From a candidate division FCPU426 bacterium (GTDB lineage: Bacteria > Oederibacteriota > Muellerivitia > Muellerivitales > Muellerivitaceae), in NCBI GenBank assembly GCA_963796105.1, contig CAWCKJ010000014.1, forward strand, positions 1-64,000: DNA of 64,000 nt, written 5' to 3'. The translations under genes were made by a program, and so were the position numbers. Positions within the stretch are counted from its first letter, which is position 1. Every line of letters begins with the position of its first letter. Positions 1 to 9,629 of the stretch are shown here, one piece after another. Below the pieces are notes generated by a model. It had not been told where the DNA came from. It saw only the letters and a list, made by a program, of their open reading frames with translations, and did no database searches.

Positions 1-25
1 CCTTACCTTTTGCGGGAGGCAAATA

Positions 26-553
26 ATGGCGTCTAGTGATCCAGCTTCGGAATTAACCCGGCGATTATCAGCGATACTCGAAGATTGCAAACGAATCAAA
101 AAACCTTTGGAAAGCTATCTGAAGGATACGGATAAACGTCCTGATATTCATTTTGAAATGCTCCGCATTTTGAGCAATGCCCTTGCCGCCTATGAGCTTA
201 TTGTTCCCGCAAAAGAAGCCGGGGAATTCCACGGTATTCCCCATGAATCAATGCAAGAGAATGAAAAGTTCACCATCCGTCATACCGAACGTCCTGAGGA
301 TTGGGATTTCCGGCCCTGGCTTTCAGAAAAGCTTAACCGGATTCAGGAAGCCGCCAAAAGCATGGTGAAGTACTGGGTTATGGACCCGGGAACCATCAAA
401 CTTTCCGGAGATTCCCCGGTCTCACCGAAGGAATGGGTCCGGGATGGAGCGCTTTTTGGTTTTAGGGAAGTGGAGCTATTGGCACTCAAGGTATTCCAAG
501 AAGTGTGCATGGATACGGTAGAAATCAAACCATCGGCCACGGAAGAAGGATAA
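26..553 (+). CDS. hypothetical protein
   Basis: 175-aa ORF with GGAGG RBS upstream; no family recognised. Confidence 0.7.
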   Translation: MASSDPASELTRRLSAILEDCKRIKKPLESYLKDTDKRPDIHFEMLRILSNALAAYELIVPAKEAGEFHGIPHESMQENEKFTIRHTERPEDWDFRPWLSEKLNRIQEAAKSMVKYWVMDPGTIKLSGDSPVSPKEWVRDGALFGFREVELLALKVFQEVCMDTVEIKPSATEEG

Positions 554-677
554 AAACGGGTACCGGCTGGTTTGACGGCGGAAGAAATAAATGAGAACCG
601 AATATTTAATCCGTGGAAACCGGATTTCCCCCCCTCCCATACCCATTACTTCCTCCGGGAACCCAAAAGATGGCTCC

Positions 678-714
678 TTGATAGATGTCAGAAAAGGACA
701 TATAATTCTGACAT
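678..714 (+). promoter_or_regulatory. sigma70 promoter with overlapping inverted-repeat operator for the AbiE operon
   Basis: TTGATA(678-683)-17 bp-TATAAT(701-706); inverted repeat ATGTCAGAA(685-693)/TTCTGACAT(706-714). Confidence 0.75.
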
Positions 715-729
715 AAGGAGTTATTTCCC

Positions 730-1326
730 ATGAGCCCCCTCATTGAATCCATTCTTAGCTCGTCCAAGGCAAAGCCGGAGGGAAGCGTATTGTCCCCCAA
801 GGAGTTTTTGGGAAAAAACACCCGCGCCGCCGTGGATCAGGCTTTTACCCGCCTGACGAAAGCCGGGAAATTGATCCGGGTTGAGAGAGGCGCATATGTG
901 GCCCCCGTGGTAGGTCGTTTTGGCAGCCGCCCCCCCTCGCCGGAAGCCGTCATCCAGTCCATCGCGGTCAAAAAAGGGGAGGAAGTGTCCCCGAATGGCG
1001 CGGTCGCGGCCAACGCACTTGGCCTGACCACCCAGGTTCCCGTCGAGGAAGTGTTCTTCACATCCGGCAGGAACCGCACCATGAAACTCGGGAAACGAAC
1101 CATTCGTTTCAGGCACGCGCCCCGGTGGCAGTTGTCCCTGGGCAACCGGCCTGCCGGAATGGCCGTCCGGGCCTTGGCCTGGATTGGACAGGCGCATGGG
1201 CAGGAGGCCCTTGTCAAAATCCGGCAAAAAATCTCAAAGGAAGAGTGGAAAGTGATGGTCGCTTCGAGGGCCTCATTCCCGGAATGGATCGCCCGATTGC
1301 TGGGCGAAGCCGGCCAACTTGGCTGA
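730..1326 (+). CDS. AbiEi-like type IV antitoxin / regulator (DUF6088-like)
   Basis: N-terminal wHTH (AVDQAFTRL...LIRVERGAY), AANALGLTTQVP motif; overlaps the downstream nucleotidyltransferase gene. Confidence 0.8.
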   Translation: MSPLIESILSSSKAKPEGSVLSPKEFLGKNTRAAVDQAFTRLTKAGKLIRVERGAYVAPVVGRFGSRPPSPEAVIQSIAVKKGEEVSPNGAVAANALGLTTQVPVEEVFFTSGRNRTMKLGKRTIRFRHAPRWQLSLGNRPAGMAVRALAWIGQAHGQEALVKIRQKISKEEWKVMVASRASFPEWIARLLGEAGQLG

Positions 1327-2338
1327 GTCCTACTTTTCCCTTTCAAGGTCGGATCGCAAGGAAGCCCTGCAAGCCGCCTCGGCAAGGATAGGAAGCCCGG
1401 CCTACCTGCTGGAAAAGGACGTTTGGGTTGTCTGGACCCTATCGGCGCTTTTCCAATCCGCAATCGCCCCGGCACTTACTTTCAAGGGCGGAACGTCGCT
1501 TTCCAAAGCCTATAACGCCATCAACCGGTTCTCAGAGGATATCGACCTGACCTGCGACATCCGCGAATTCATTCCTGAAATTAAGGCCGGTGAAAACGGT
1601 ATTCCCGCCACCGCCAGCAAGGCGAAAAAATGGTCCGACATAATCAGGAAAAGCCTACCGGGTTGGATTACCGGGAAAGTCAGGCCGATCCTTTCGGAAG
1701 CCCTCAAACAAAACAAGCTGGATGCCAGGCTCGCTACCAGTGGGAAGGAAGGGGAAAAACTCCTGATCTATTACCCGCCCTTAACCGAAAGCTCCGATTA
1801 TGTTAGCCCCTCGGTACAACTTGAGTTTGGCGCGCGGTCAACCGGTGAGCCGAATGAAAAGAAACTCATCACTTGTGATATGGCAGCCAAGATGCCGGAA
1901 TTGGTATTTCCCGAAGCTTCACCCAATGTCATGCGCATTGAAAGAACCTTTTGGGAGAAAGCCACTGCGGTTCATGTCTATTGCCGCCAAAAGGAAGCTC
2001 CCAGCGTGCGATTTTCTCGCCATTGGTACGACCTGGTTGAAATATCACAAACGGTTTATTTCGCGGACGCCCTGGGGGACAGGGACTTGGCCCTGAGCGT
2101 TGCCCGTCACAAGGGAATGTTTTTCAAGGAAAAGGATTCAAAAGGGAAACCCATCAGTTACCTTGATGCCATAAAGGGGAAGATCCAATTGGTTCCCGAG
2201 GGCAAGGCTTACAGTGATTTAGAAGCGGATTATGGAAAAATGACGGAAGCGGGTTTGATCCAAAGCCCGCCAAGTTTTGGGAAGATCATGGCAGGTTGTG
2301 AGAAAATTCAAATTGAGATTAACGGAAAAAATAGTTAG
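1319..2338 (+). CDS. AbiEii-family nucleotidyltransferase toxin
   Basis: EKD, FKGGTSLSK, RFSEDID and RHWYDL motifs. Confidence 0.9.
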   Translation: MAESYFSLSRSDRKEALQAASARIGSPAYLLEKDVWVVWTLSALFQSAIAPALTFKGGTSLSKAYNAINRFSEDIDLTCDIREFIPEIKAGENGIPATASKAKKWSDIIRKSLPGWITGKVRPILSEALKQNKLDARLATSGKEGEKLLIYYPPLTESSDYVSPSVQLEFGARSTGEPNEKKLITCDMAAKMPELVFPEASPNVMRIERTFWEKATAVHVYCRQKEAPSVRFSRHWYDLVEISQTVYFADALGDRDLALSVARHKGMFFKEKDSKGKPISYLDAIKGKIQLVPEGKAYSDLEADYGKMTEAGLIQSPPSFGKIMAGCEKIQIEINGKNS

Positions 2339-2471
2339 CCCGGTCCGTGGGCTTCAACCTCCCCTTTTATGAGTGGATCATTCATTCTTCAAAAGCCGGA
2401 GGATTTTCTTCCGTCCACACCATTCTGGAGAAGGGGTAAAATCCGTAAAAATTAATCCCGGAATAAACAAA

Positions 2472-2765
2472 ATGAACCAATCCAATTCCTTCCTTTATTT
2501 CGCGTATGGCTCAAATATGAATTCGGAAGACCTGGGAAAATGGTGTGTTGAAAACCATTCCAAAATCAGCCTCAACAACCCTAAAGTTGCCATCTTGAAA
2601 GATTTTCAATTGGCGTTTACTCACAAATCAAACCGCCGCAACGGAGGGGTCGCCGATATTGTGAGAAGAATAAATGAGACGGTCTGGGGAGTTTTATTTG
2701 AAACGGACAAAAGGTCTTTAGACCGGCTTTTCCCCGGTAAGCGTCCGGTTGCGCCATGTAGATAA
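2472..2765 (+). pseudogene. gamma-glutamylcyclotransferase (AIG2-like), 3' truncated at about 2727
   Basis: YFAYGSNM, GVADI and VWGVLFE motifs; similarity breaks right after SLDR, where the catalytic Glu would follow. Confidence 0.7.
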
Positions 2766-2858
2766 ACGCCGGTCCAAAAGTGTGACGCCTTTGGCAGTCC
2801 CGAACCGCCACAGATTTATTTAAAGCCGATTTTCAGTTTCTTCTTGCGTTGCCCAAAT

Positions 2859-2892
2859 AAAAAAAGCCCGAGCCGAAAGGCCCGGGCTTTTT
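2859..2892. terminator. bidirectional intrinsic terminator
   Basis: AAAAAAGCCCG...CGGGCTTTTT hairpin. Confidence 0.7.
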
Positions 2893-2906
2893 CAATGCGT
2901 GACGGC

Positions 2907-3912
2907 TTAATAGATGTTGGTGTCGTCAAAAGACGCGCTATCGGTCGTCGCGGAGGTGCCGGAGGACGCGCTGCCGAGTAAGGTATAGGGATCACCCGTT
3001 TGGGGGCTACTGCTCCCCGTTCCAGCCGCGTCATAGAAGATCAGCAGGTCCGCCGTCTGGGTATTGCAAACACTGTGGGTTGCATCCGGCGACAAAATGT
3101 CGAAGGTGTTGCCGTTATGATTGAGATGAGTGTCATTGTTCCAAGTGGCGCCCGACTTGATAGCCGAAATACCTGTGCCCGCCGGGAACTGCAGGATATA
3201 GATCTGGTGGCACTGATCCACCGTTCCCATACTTCCCGAGTAGTTGACGGCCCCCGAGAAGGCGCTGATCTGGTTGGAGTTCCCAAAAGAGAAGTTCAAT
3301 CCAACGACGGAACCGGAAGAGGGTTCTTGAGTGGAGTTGGCGACATTACAGGTGGACGTCCCATAGAGGGCGGCATAGACCCCGGCCGGAGGCGGCCAAC
3401 TATAAGTACTGGAATTACCATAGTAGGCCACCAGGGTATAGGTCGTGCTCGATGCCAATCCGACGATCGTATAGGGCCCCCCGCTGGTGGTGACTTGGGC
3501 ATGTAACGCGCTGTCCCCGGCATTCTGAACGAAAGCGTTGATGAAGATCGGATGGCTGCTGCTCACCGAACCGGTCCCGGTCCAGCTGGCCGTGCCCGCA
3601 AAGGAGATCCCGTTCGTTCCCGGGGTCGGAGTGTTTGTATTGGTAGCGCAAACGGTATTGGTCGAGGTGAAGGTATTGGTCACCAGAGGCGTATTCGTAG
3701 GCGTATTCGTGATCGTCGGCGAAAGAGTGTTGGTGGGGGTGTTGGTGATGGTCGCGGTCATCGTGATGGTGGGAGTGTTGCTGGGGGTCCAGGTATCGGT
3801 GGGCGACGTCGTGAAGGTCGGCGTATTGGTGTTCGTCGGCGTGTTGGTGATGGTCGGCGAGAAGGTGAGGGTTTTCGTGTTGGTGACAGTCGGCGTGTTG
3901 GTATACCGGCTT
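2907..3912 (-). pseudogene. C-terminal part of a Thr/Asn/Pro-rich (TNTPT repeat) secreted protein, 5' truncated
   Basis: Long TNTPTxT repeats then a beta-rich domain; no signal peptide or credible start; joins a different gene fragment at about 3905. Confidence 0.65.
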
Positions 3913-4268
3913 ATGAGTTGACCAACAACCACGCCAACCTTCGAAGGATGAAACAGCGTTTGGAAACTATCGGCAGGGACCAGGCGAAGGAATCCACCGA
4001 GCTTGAGGGGTCCAACGCCCGTTTCGAGGATTGCCCGGAAGAAAACCGGGTCCGGCTGTTTTTCCCTGGGAAACCGGCTGAGGATGTGAGGACGCTTTTA
4101 AAGTCCAGGGGTTTCCGGTGGACGCCCACCATTGGGGCATGGCAGGCTTACCGTAACCCTTGGGCCATTGAGACGGCTAAAAAGATTGCGGGGATTGTCA
4201 AGGAAGTTAAACCGGTTGAAGGTGTTTCGCGGAATGAGGCGCAGGAATTGCCGGGAGAGTCTAACTAG
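3907..4268 (+). pseudogene. C-terminal fragment of a DUF3560-like plasmid/phage protein
   Basis: [12 protein letters not shown]...[12 protein letters not shown]...[12 protein letters not shown] pattern; N-terminus missing. Confidence 0.55.
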
Positions 4269-4290
4269 GCGTACCGATAGTTACCGGCTG

Positions 4291-4377
4291 ATTTAAGACC
4301 CCAGCAATGGCTGGGGGCTAGCTGTGTACTTGGCCGAGGAATCCCGGCCAAGTGGCGACCCGAAGGGTCGTCCTTGA
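4291..4377 (+). repeat. three-hairpin repeat, copy 1 (inverted relative to 8026-8150)
   Basis: CCCCAGC..GCTGGGG / TGGCC..GGCCA / GGCGACCCGAAGGGTCGTCC; aligns with the reverse complement of 8026-8150. Confidence 0.75.
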
Positions 4378-4412
4378 TGGGTGGTTTTTGGGCGGGTAAA
4401 TAGGGTTATTTA

Positions 4413-4440
4413 TTGATACCTATTATAATAGGTATATAAT
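4413..4440 (+). promoter_or_regulatory. promoter with 20-bp palindromic operator, probably giving a leaderless mRNA
   Basis: TTGATA-16 bp-TATAAT; palindrome ATACCTATTATAATAGGTAT (4416-4435); ATG 6 nt after the -10 box. Confidence 0.65.
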
Positions 4441-4446
4441 AAAAGC

Positions 4447-4836
4447 ATGAAAAAACACAAATCTACCCTTAAGGCAGGTAAAAAGATTGGCGGTATTACG
4501 CGAACCCAGGAAGGGGAACCGGTTAATTATTTAACGCCGGATAATTGGTTCGAATGGGTTAAAAATAACAAACCGTCTGTTTTTGAAAAGCTTTCAAAAC
4601 ATACGCCCCAGGCCGAACTTGGGAAATTACTTTGGGGATGGAGGCTTACGGCAGGAAGGACGCAAAAGGACCAGGCGAAGAGGTCCGGGTGCAGCATGGC
4701 CACCTACCAGAAGTTGGAGGAAGTAAGCACCAATTCAAACCCTAATTATTTGACCCTGTATAAAATCGCCAGGTCTTACGGGGTTTCTTTTAAGGAGTTT
4801 TGGGATGGACCGGGTCATAAAAATTATTCAACGTAA
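4447..4836 (+). CDS. XRE-family HTH regulator
   Basis: RLTAGRTQKDQAKRSGCSMATYQKLE...NP..TLYKIA. Confidence 0.75.
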   Translation: MKKHKSTLKAGKKIGGITRTQEGEPVNYLTPDNWFEWVKNNKPSVFEKLSKHTPQAELGKLLWGWRLTAGRTQKDQAKRSGCSMATYQKLEEVSTNSNPNYLTLYKIARSYGVSFKEFWDGPGHKNYST

Positions 4837-4856
4837 TTTTCTGATAGGACTGTGAT

Positions 4857-5339
4857 ATGTGGGGCGAGGTAGATTGCGAAAGTTGCGGGGGGACCGGGGA
4901 CGAACCGGGACCGCCTGGGTATTGGATGGCCGGTTCCTCTATGGAACCGGCACAATCAAGGCTCGGTCCTCAGTACCAAACCCAATTATCAGAGGGTTTG
5001 GCGCACTCAAACCTTGTGCCTCAACTTGATGTTTCGGCACAGAGGCTTGAGTCTTCGGCCCAGATGGCCGGTTCTTCTACTGAACCGGCATTATCAAGTC
5101 ACGAGCCTCGACTTGAGGTCTCGGCTCAGATGGACGGCGAATATTATTCCAGCAGGTTCCCTTGCGGGGATTGCAACGGGAGCGGTAAACAGGCGGTTTG
5201 GTATGATTCATGCCGCAATTGCGGAGGGCGGGGGACGGTCGAGGGCGGCGTTAAGTGCGCCAGGTGCAACGGCCTTGGTTTCCATGAGCCGGAACCCTCG
5301 TCAAAATTGAGTAGATGGGAGGAGGTAACGGAGTTTTGA
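4857..5339 (+). CDS. DnaJ-type CxxCxGxG zinc-finger protein carrying a 68-aa in-frame repeat-element insertion
   Basis: Four CxxCxGxG motifs; 4926-5129 consists of three copies of the two-hairpin element. Confidence 0.7.
   Translation: MWGEVDCESCGGTGDEPGPPGYWMAGSSMEPAQSRLGPQYQTQLSEGLAHSNLVPQLDVSAQRLESSAQMAGSSTEPALSSHEPRLEVSAQMDGEYYSSRFPCGDCNGSGKQAVWYDSCRNCGGRGTVEGGVKCARCNGLGFHEPEPSSKLSRWEEVTEF
4926..5129 (+). repeat. three two-hairpin elements (66 bp containing a nested 72 bp, followed by 66 bp)
   Basis: Outer 4926-5063, nested 4974-5045, tandem 5064-5129; GATGG at each outer junction. Confidence 0.85.
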
Positions 5340-5476
5340 CGAGACATCATCTATACCGCCTATTTATTTTTTATTTCAATGAATGCGGCATAATCCCGGT
5401 TTCATTTGCCCTATAGGAGCAAAGGGGGACAAAAATTAGCAGGTGGGAGGAAGTTGATGATTTTTAGGAGGTAGTT

Positions 5477-5836
5477 ATGGAAGAAGATACAAGACCGATA
5501 ATCTCGGATGAAAACGAGGAAAGGGGAGAAAACATAAATACTGGTACTATTTCGGATAATCCTATTACTGCTCACGGAAGATTTTTTCTTAATCATTTTT
5601 TACACGTATTTTTTATGGGCCTTTATTTTATCTACAAGTTTGGTTTGCTTTATCTAATTTTGGTCGCTTGGTATAAACTTATTTTTAAATACAGTTTTTT
5701 TTCAACTCTTTACCTGTTGGCGGCTCACCCGACGTATAAGTTTTCTATGGTTCCCCATGCTTTGTGGGGTTGGCTGGTGGTTGCCGCGTTTGCATGGGCC
5801 GCTTTTTATATTGAGATTCAAAGGGTTAAAGATTAA
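5477..5836 (+). CDS. hypothetical membrane protein
   Basis: AGGAGG RBS; hydrophobic segments. Confidence 0.65.
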   Translation: MEEDTRPIISDENEERGENINTGTISDNPITAHGRFFLNHFLHVFFMGLYFIYKFGLLYLILVAWYKLIFKYSFFSTLYLLAAHPTYKFSMVPHALWGWLVVAAFAWAAFYIEIQRVKD

Positions 5837-5851
5837 TTACATGACCGGGGG

Positions 5852-6265
5852 GTGGACAATATGGACGATCCGAAGAAAGGGGCACTGAAGGACTTAGGCC
5901 AGCGTATAAATAAACTCTTGCCGGATGAAAAATTTATAGGCCAGCCCTTTTGGGCCTTAATGGAAACGAAAAACGGGAACATCACGGGGTCATATTTTGT
6001 CAATCCGGGCAAAAAGGGGGAAAAGAGCCTCCCGCTTTTTCTCTCAAAGTACCACGCTGAATTTTACTTATCCAACCAAGATTCCAGTCTAAAGGGTAAT
6101 TATGTCGTCCGGGGTTTGTCCCAGGAACAGCTTAGATTTCTTTCCTCTATCGCCGAAGAAGATAAGATTATTTTCATGATGTTTTGTTTCCATAACAAAG
6201 GGACCGAATGGGTTATTCGCACGATGGACGGGAAAGCGCTTAAAGCCGAATTCTTTTTTGAATAA
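5852..6265 (+). CDS. hypothetical protein
   Basis: 137-aa ORF in line with neighbours. Confidence 0.6.
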   Translation: MDNMDDPKKGALKDLGQRINKLLPDEKFIGQPFWALMETKNGNITGSYFVNPGKKGEKSLPLFLSKYHAEFYLSNQDSSLKGNYVVRGLSQEQLRFLSSIAEEDKIIFMMFCFHNKGTEWVIRTMDGKALKAEFFFE

Positions 6266-6438
6266 AAAACAATATCTGGCATGAGGCGCGAATGGATGGT
6301 TTAGAACCGGGGGACAAAGGCAGAAGTCTATTAATCGCAATTTGGCTCGCCAACTTTTTGACTTCCGCACTATGCTTCGTCAGCGTGTGGGCTGACGGCA
6401 TGTAAAACACTTCAGCTTCACTTTTTTAGGGAGCTATT

Positions 6439-6651
6439 TTGGAACATCTGGAGCCTGGCGACCAAGTGAAACATGTCATTTCCGGCGAAGAAGGCGTGTT
6501 TAAAAAATTCTTGCCCTGGACCGTTGGACATAGTCGCGGTATTGGCGTTTTGGTGGACGTTTCTGGACAAGAAAAATTTTGGCTTTTAGAAGAAACGGCC
6601 TTTTTTGAGCGACCGGTCCCCAAAACACCCCCCGGATCGGTCAGCAGTTAA
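6439..6651 (+). CDS. small SH3/KOW-like protein
   Basis: PGDQVKH..SGEEGV motif; paralogous to 45896-46084. Confidence 0.55.
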   Translation: MEHLEPGDQVKHVISGEEGVFKKFLPWTVGHSRGIGVLVDVSGQEKFWLLEETAFFERPVPKTPPGSVSS

Positions 6652-6749
6652 GAGATAATTAATCGGTTGGACCAACCACCCTTGGATACTTCAAAAGGAT
6701 TTGATGCAAACATGAAATAACTATAGAGTGTTCATCAGTTTGAGGAGAA

Positions 6750-7454
6750 ATGATGCAAAATATTTTTAATGTCTATTGTGATGAAAGTTGCCACTTGGAA
6801 AAAGACCACCAACCCGTAATGCTACAGGGCGCTCTTTGGTGTTCTATGGATGACGCCCAACGACTTTCCATAAATATTAGACAAATTAAGAACACCCATA
6901 AAGCCGATGGGGAGTTGAAGTGGATTAAAGTTTCGCGGTCGCGGTTGGATTTTTATTTGGAACTTGTTGATTTCTTTTTTAAATCCACGGCAATTCACTT
7001 CAGGGCATTGGTTGTGCTTGAGAAGGAAAAACTTAACCATGCCCGGTTTAATCTTGGATCACACGATGATTTTTATTACAAAATGTATTTTTCGCTGCTT
7101 AGCAAAATCTTAAGCCCGGATAAACGATACAACATATATTTGGACATTAAGGATACCAGGAGCCGGGTAAAGGTTAAGAAGTTACGTGAAGTTTTATGTA
7201 ACAACGTTTACGACTTTACGAGCCAGATGATTAAGCACATTCAAAACATCCATTCGCATGAATCGGACTTAATGCAGATGTGCGATTTTCTATTGGGCGC
7301 GGTCTCGTATAGACATAGAGGGCTGGTTTCTAATCCTGCCAAAAAACAGGTTGTGGAAGATATCGAAAAAAGGTTGGGCCGAAGTTTACTGGAATCCACT
7401 CCACTTGGTGAGGAAAAATTTAATCTTTTTTTATTCACGCCACAAGAGGGTTGA
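6750..7454 (+). CDS. DUF3800 family protein (RNase H-like fold)
   Basis: VYCDESCHL at the N-terminus, LMQMCDFLLGA near the C-terminus. Confidence 0.85.
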   Translation: MMQNIFNVYCDESCHLEKDHQPVMLQGALWCSMDDAQRLSINIRQIKNTHKADGELKWIKVSRSRLDFYLELVDFFFKSTAIHFRALVVLEKEKLNHARFNLGSHDDFYYKMYFSLLSKILSPDKRYNIYLDIKDTRSRVKVKKLREVLCNNVYDFTSQMIKHIQNIHSHESDLMQMCDFLLGAVSYRHRGLVSNPAKKQVVEDIEKRLGRSLLESTPLGEEKFNLFLFTPQEG

Positions 7455-7455
7455 A

Positions 7456-7935
7456 TTGGTGAATTTTCCAACATGGCTACCCTCGATGGCAAGTGTAAGT
7501 CCCTGGAAAGAAGATACTTTTGATGTTTTGTACCGGATATTCGTGCGAGACTTTGTTAATTCCAAACCTAAGTATCAAGGATTTGATGTTTGGTGTTTTC
7601 CAGAGGTAGAAGATGGCAAAATTAAAGTTTTTTGGCACTTAACAAGCCGTGAAGATAAAGAATCCCATGAACGAATGCCGGATTTGAGACGTGCAGAAAG
7701 GTTACCTTGGGCTCGACCAGTAATAGAGCATCCGCTGGATCCTGAAGTGTTGGCATGGGATTACGAAGAAGGGAACAAAGATATACATTCTTATGTATGG
7801 CTTAAGGACCATGACTACGTTGTTATCATGAAAAAGTACAGGGATGGAAGGCGGAGAATAATAACCGCTCACTGGATCGAATACGATCATAAGAGGAAAG
7901 ATTTATTACGGAAATATAACCAAAAAACTGCTTAA
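7456..7935 (+). CDS. DUF3800-associated protein, possible BECR-fold ribonuclease
   Basis: FWHLTS...RRAERLPW...YVVIM...IITA pattern; start follows the DUF3800 stop. Confidence 0.55.
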   Translation: MVNFPTWLPSMASVSPWKEDTFDVLYRIFVRDFVNSKPKYQGFDVWCFPEVEDGKIKVFWHLTSREDKESHERMPDLRRAERLPWARPVIEHPLDPEVLAWDYEEGNKDIHSYVWLKDHDYVVIMKKYRDGRRRIITAHWIEYDHKRKDLLRKYNQKTA

Positions 7936-7995
7936 AATAAAAAAGGCCGACGCAGAGCGACGACCCAACTCCTTCTGCCATGGGCAGATGAGATA
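7936..7995 (-). ncRNA. putative small RNA convergent on the DUF3800 operon
   Basis: Minus-strand TTGACA(8028-8023)-16 bp-TATAAT(8006-8001); hairpins UCUGCC/GGCAGA and GGUCG..CGGCC followed by a U-tract. Confidence 0.65.
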
Positions 7996-8025
7996 TATAA
8001 ATTATACGGATGTATTCTTATTTGT

Positions 8026-8150
8026 CAAGGGACGACCCTACGGGTCGCCACTCGTGTTATCTACGGCCCTCTTCCATAGGAAGATGGGTGGCCGGGCATG
8101 ATCCCAGGCCAAGTACTCGGCTTGTCCCCGGCTAAAGCCGGGGACTGAAA
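8026..8150 (-). repeat. three-hairpin repeat, copy 2, with an extra ~36-bp hairpin insert
   Basis: Reverse complement matches 4291-4377. Confidence 0.75.
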
Positions 8151-8509
8151 CCGGTTGGTCAATGCAACCGGAAGAATTTAAACCCTCTAATTTGACAGGC
8201 CACCACGTGGACCAGTTCGTAGGCGTTTCCTGAACGTCCTGGGCCCGTTTCGGGCCGGGCGATCCGGACGGGTCCTCAACGAAACTTTAACTTTATGGAT
8301 TACTCCTATGGCTATCAAAAGGCCGGCTACCAGCCGGCAACCCTTTTTAAAGACCCCGACAAGAATCTTTTTTAGTAAAAACGCTCCGTCCTGAAGATTA
8401 TTTGGATAATGATTAACCCAATTGCGCTATGAAATCTGATGTGGGCGAGTTGCAGGAAATATGTTCAGTGCGCGAAACTATTCGGCGATCAAACTTTTGG
8501 TCGTTGCTC

Positions 8510-8932
8510 TTATGCTTCAGCGATAAAACGGTCAAGTACCTGCTTGTTCTTTTCGGAAAGCCGCCCGTTGCGAGACTTTATTTCTATAGTAATGTGACCC
8601 GTCTTATCAGCCAGGAGGTGTCTCATCTTTTTGAACATGCCACCGGTGGCGATCTTGTATGTAGTGAAAAGTCCTACTCGGAGGTATTTGATCTCCGGCA
8701 AGGCGTGAACATAATCGACCCATGCCTTGTCAGGATGTTGATTGAAAAAGTTTAGCCCGTTGGTCTCGCAACCTAAGAGCAAGTAATGGCAATCATTCCA
8801 TGTCTGCGGGACGCCCTCAGCGATGGACATGACGCGCGATTCTATACCGTGGATTTCCATATAGGCCCCGATCTCTTTGGCGAATTGTTGGGTAACATCC
8901 GTCCCGCCCTGGTAAAGAACCACTGTTCTCAC
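8510..8932 (-). CDS. flavodoxin-like protein
   Basis: VVLYQ..T....A..IG, LLLG, VGLFTT flavodoxin-fold pattern. Confidence 0.6.
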   Translation of the reverse strand: MRTVVLYQGGTDVTQQFAKEIGAYMEIHGIESRVMSIAEGVPQTWNDCHYLLLGCETNGLNFFNQHPDKAWVDYVHALPEIKYLRVGLFTTYKIATGGMFKKMRHLLADKTGHITIEIKSRNGRLSEKNKQVLDRFIAEA

Positions 8933-9254
8933 GAAGAAACTCCTTGAGAATGCGGCCTCTTTTTACCAGACAACCGCAATGGATTTGAACTGCCCATATT
9001 ATAGGGTGGTGTACATGGGAGGGATACCTTATAAACCCCTTAGTAACATTTCTTAAAAGCTTTTAAGGAAATGGTTTAAAATTTGTCTCTCACCAAACTG
9101 CGAAAGATGTAAAATAGGGATGTAGATAGGTATCTTTTCAAAGCTCACTTCTTCCGTGAGTGCCCTCACGAAACCCCTAAATTGATTCGCTCTTAACTAC
9201 TTTTCCGCCTTGTTTGCTAACCATCACTCATAATTTCACTGTGAGGAGGCACTC

Positions 9255-9527
9255 ATGGAAATTACCGAGAAGATGAAAATCACCAACCGTTTGGGCCTTC
9301 ATCTGAGAGCGGCCGCGGAATTCGTGAAAACCGCTTCCAAATTCAAGTGTTTGATACTCGTAAAAAACCATCACCGGACAGCGGACGGCAAAAGCCTGAT
9401 TAACCTGATGACTTTGGCTTCACCTTTCGGTTCGGAACTCACGTTGATGTTCAGTGGCGTGGATGCATGGGACGCCAGGACCGCCATTTATGACTTGCTC
9501 TTAAGTAAATTCGGGGAAAAGGATTAA
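9255..9527 (+). CDS. ptsH: HPr-family phosphocarrier protein
   Basis: GLHLRAA (His15) and ADGKSLI (Ser46) motifs. Confidence 0.9.
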   Translation: MEITEKMKITNRLGLHLRAAAEFVKTASKFKCLILVKNHHRTADGKSLINLMTLASPFGSELTLMFSGVDAWDARTAIYDLLLSKFGEKD

Positions 9528-9629
9528 ATTTCACCTCTTATACTGTTGAGATGGATATAAAACCAAAAACATTGTTCAGCCCGTTCCTTTCTAAGAAAGG
9601 ACGGTGATCTTTTTAAAGGAGATGCTGTC

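Noticed and set aside
3538..3921. Val/Gly-rich ORFs (also 28412-29116 on the minus strand)
   Set aside because: Antisense shadows of Thr/Pro-rich genes
4926..5129. CRISPR mini-array or integron attC sites
   Set aside because: Units are diverged and nested rather than identical repeats with spacers; no RYYYAAC/GTTRRRY ends, and no cas or intI gene
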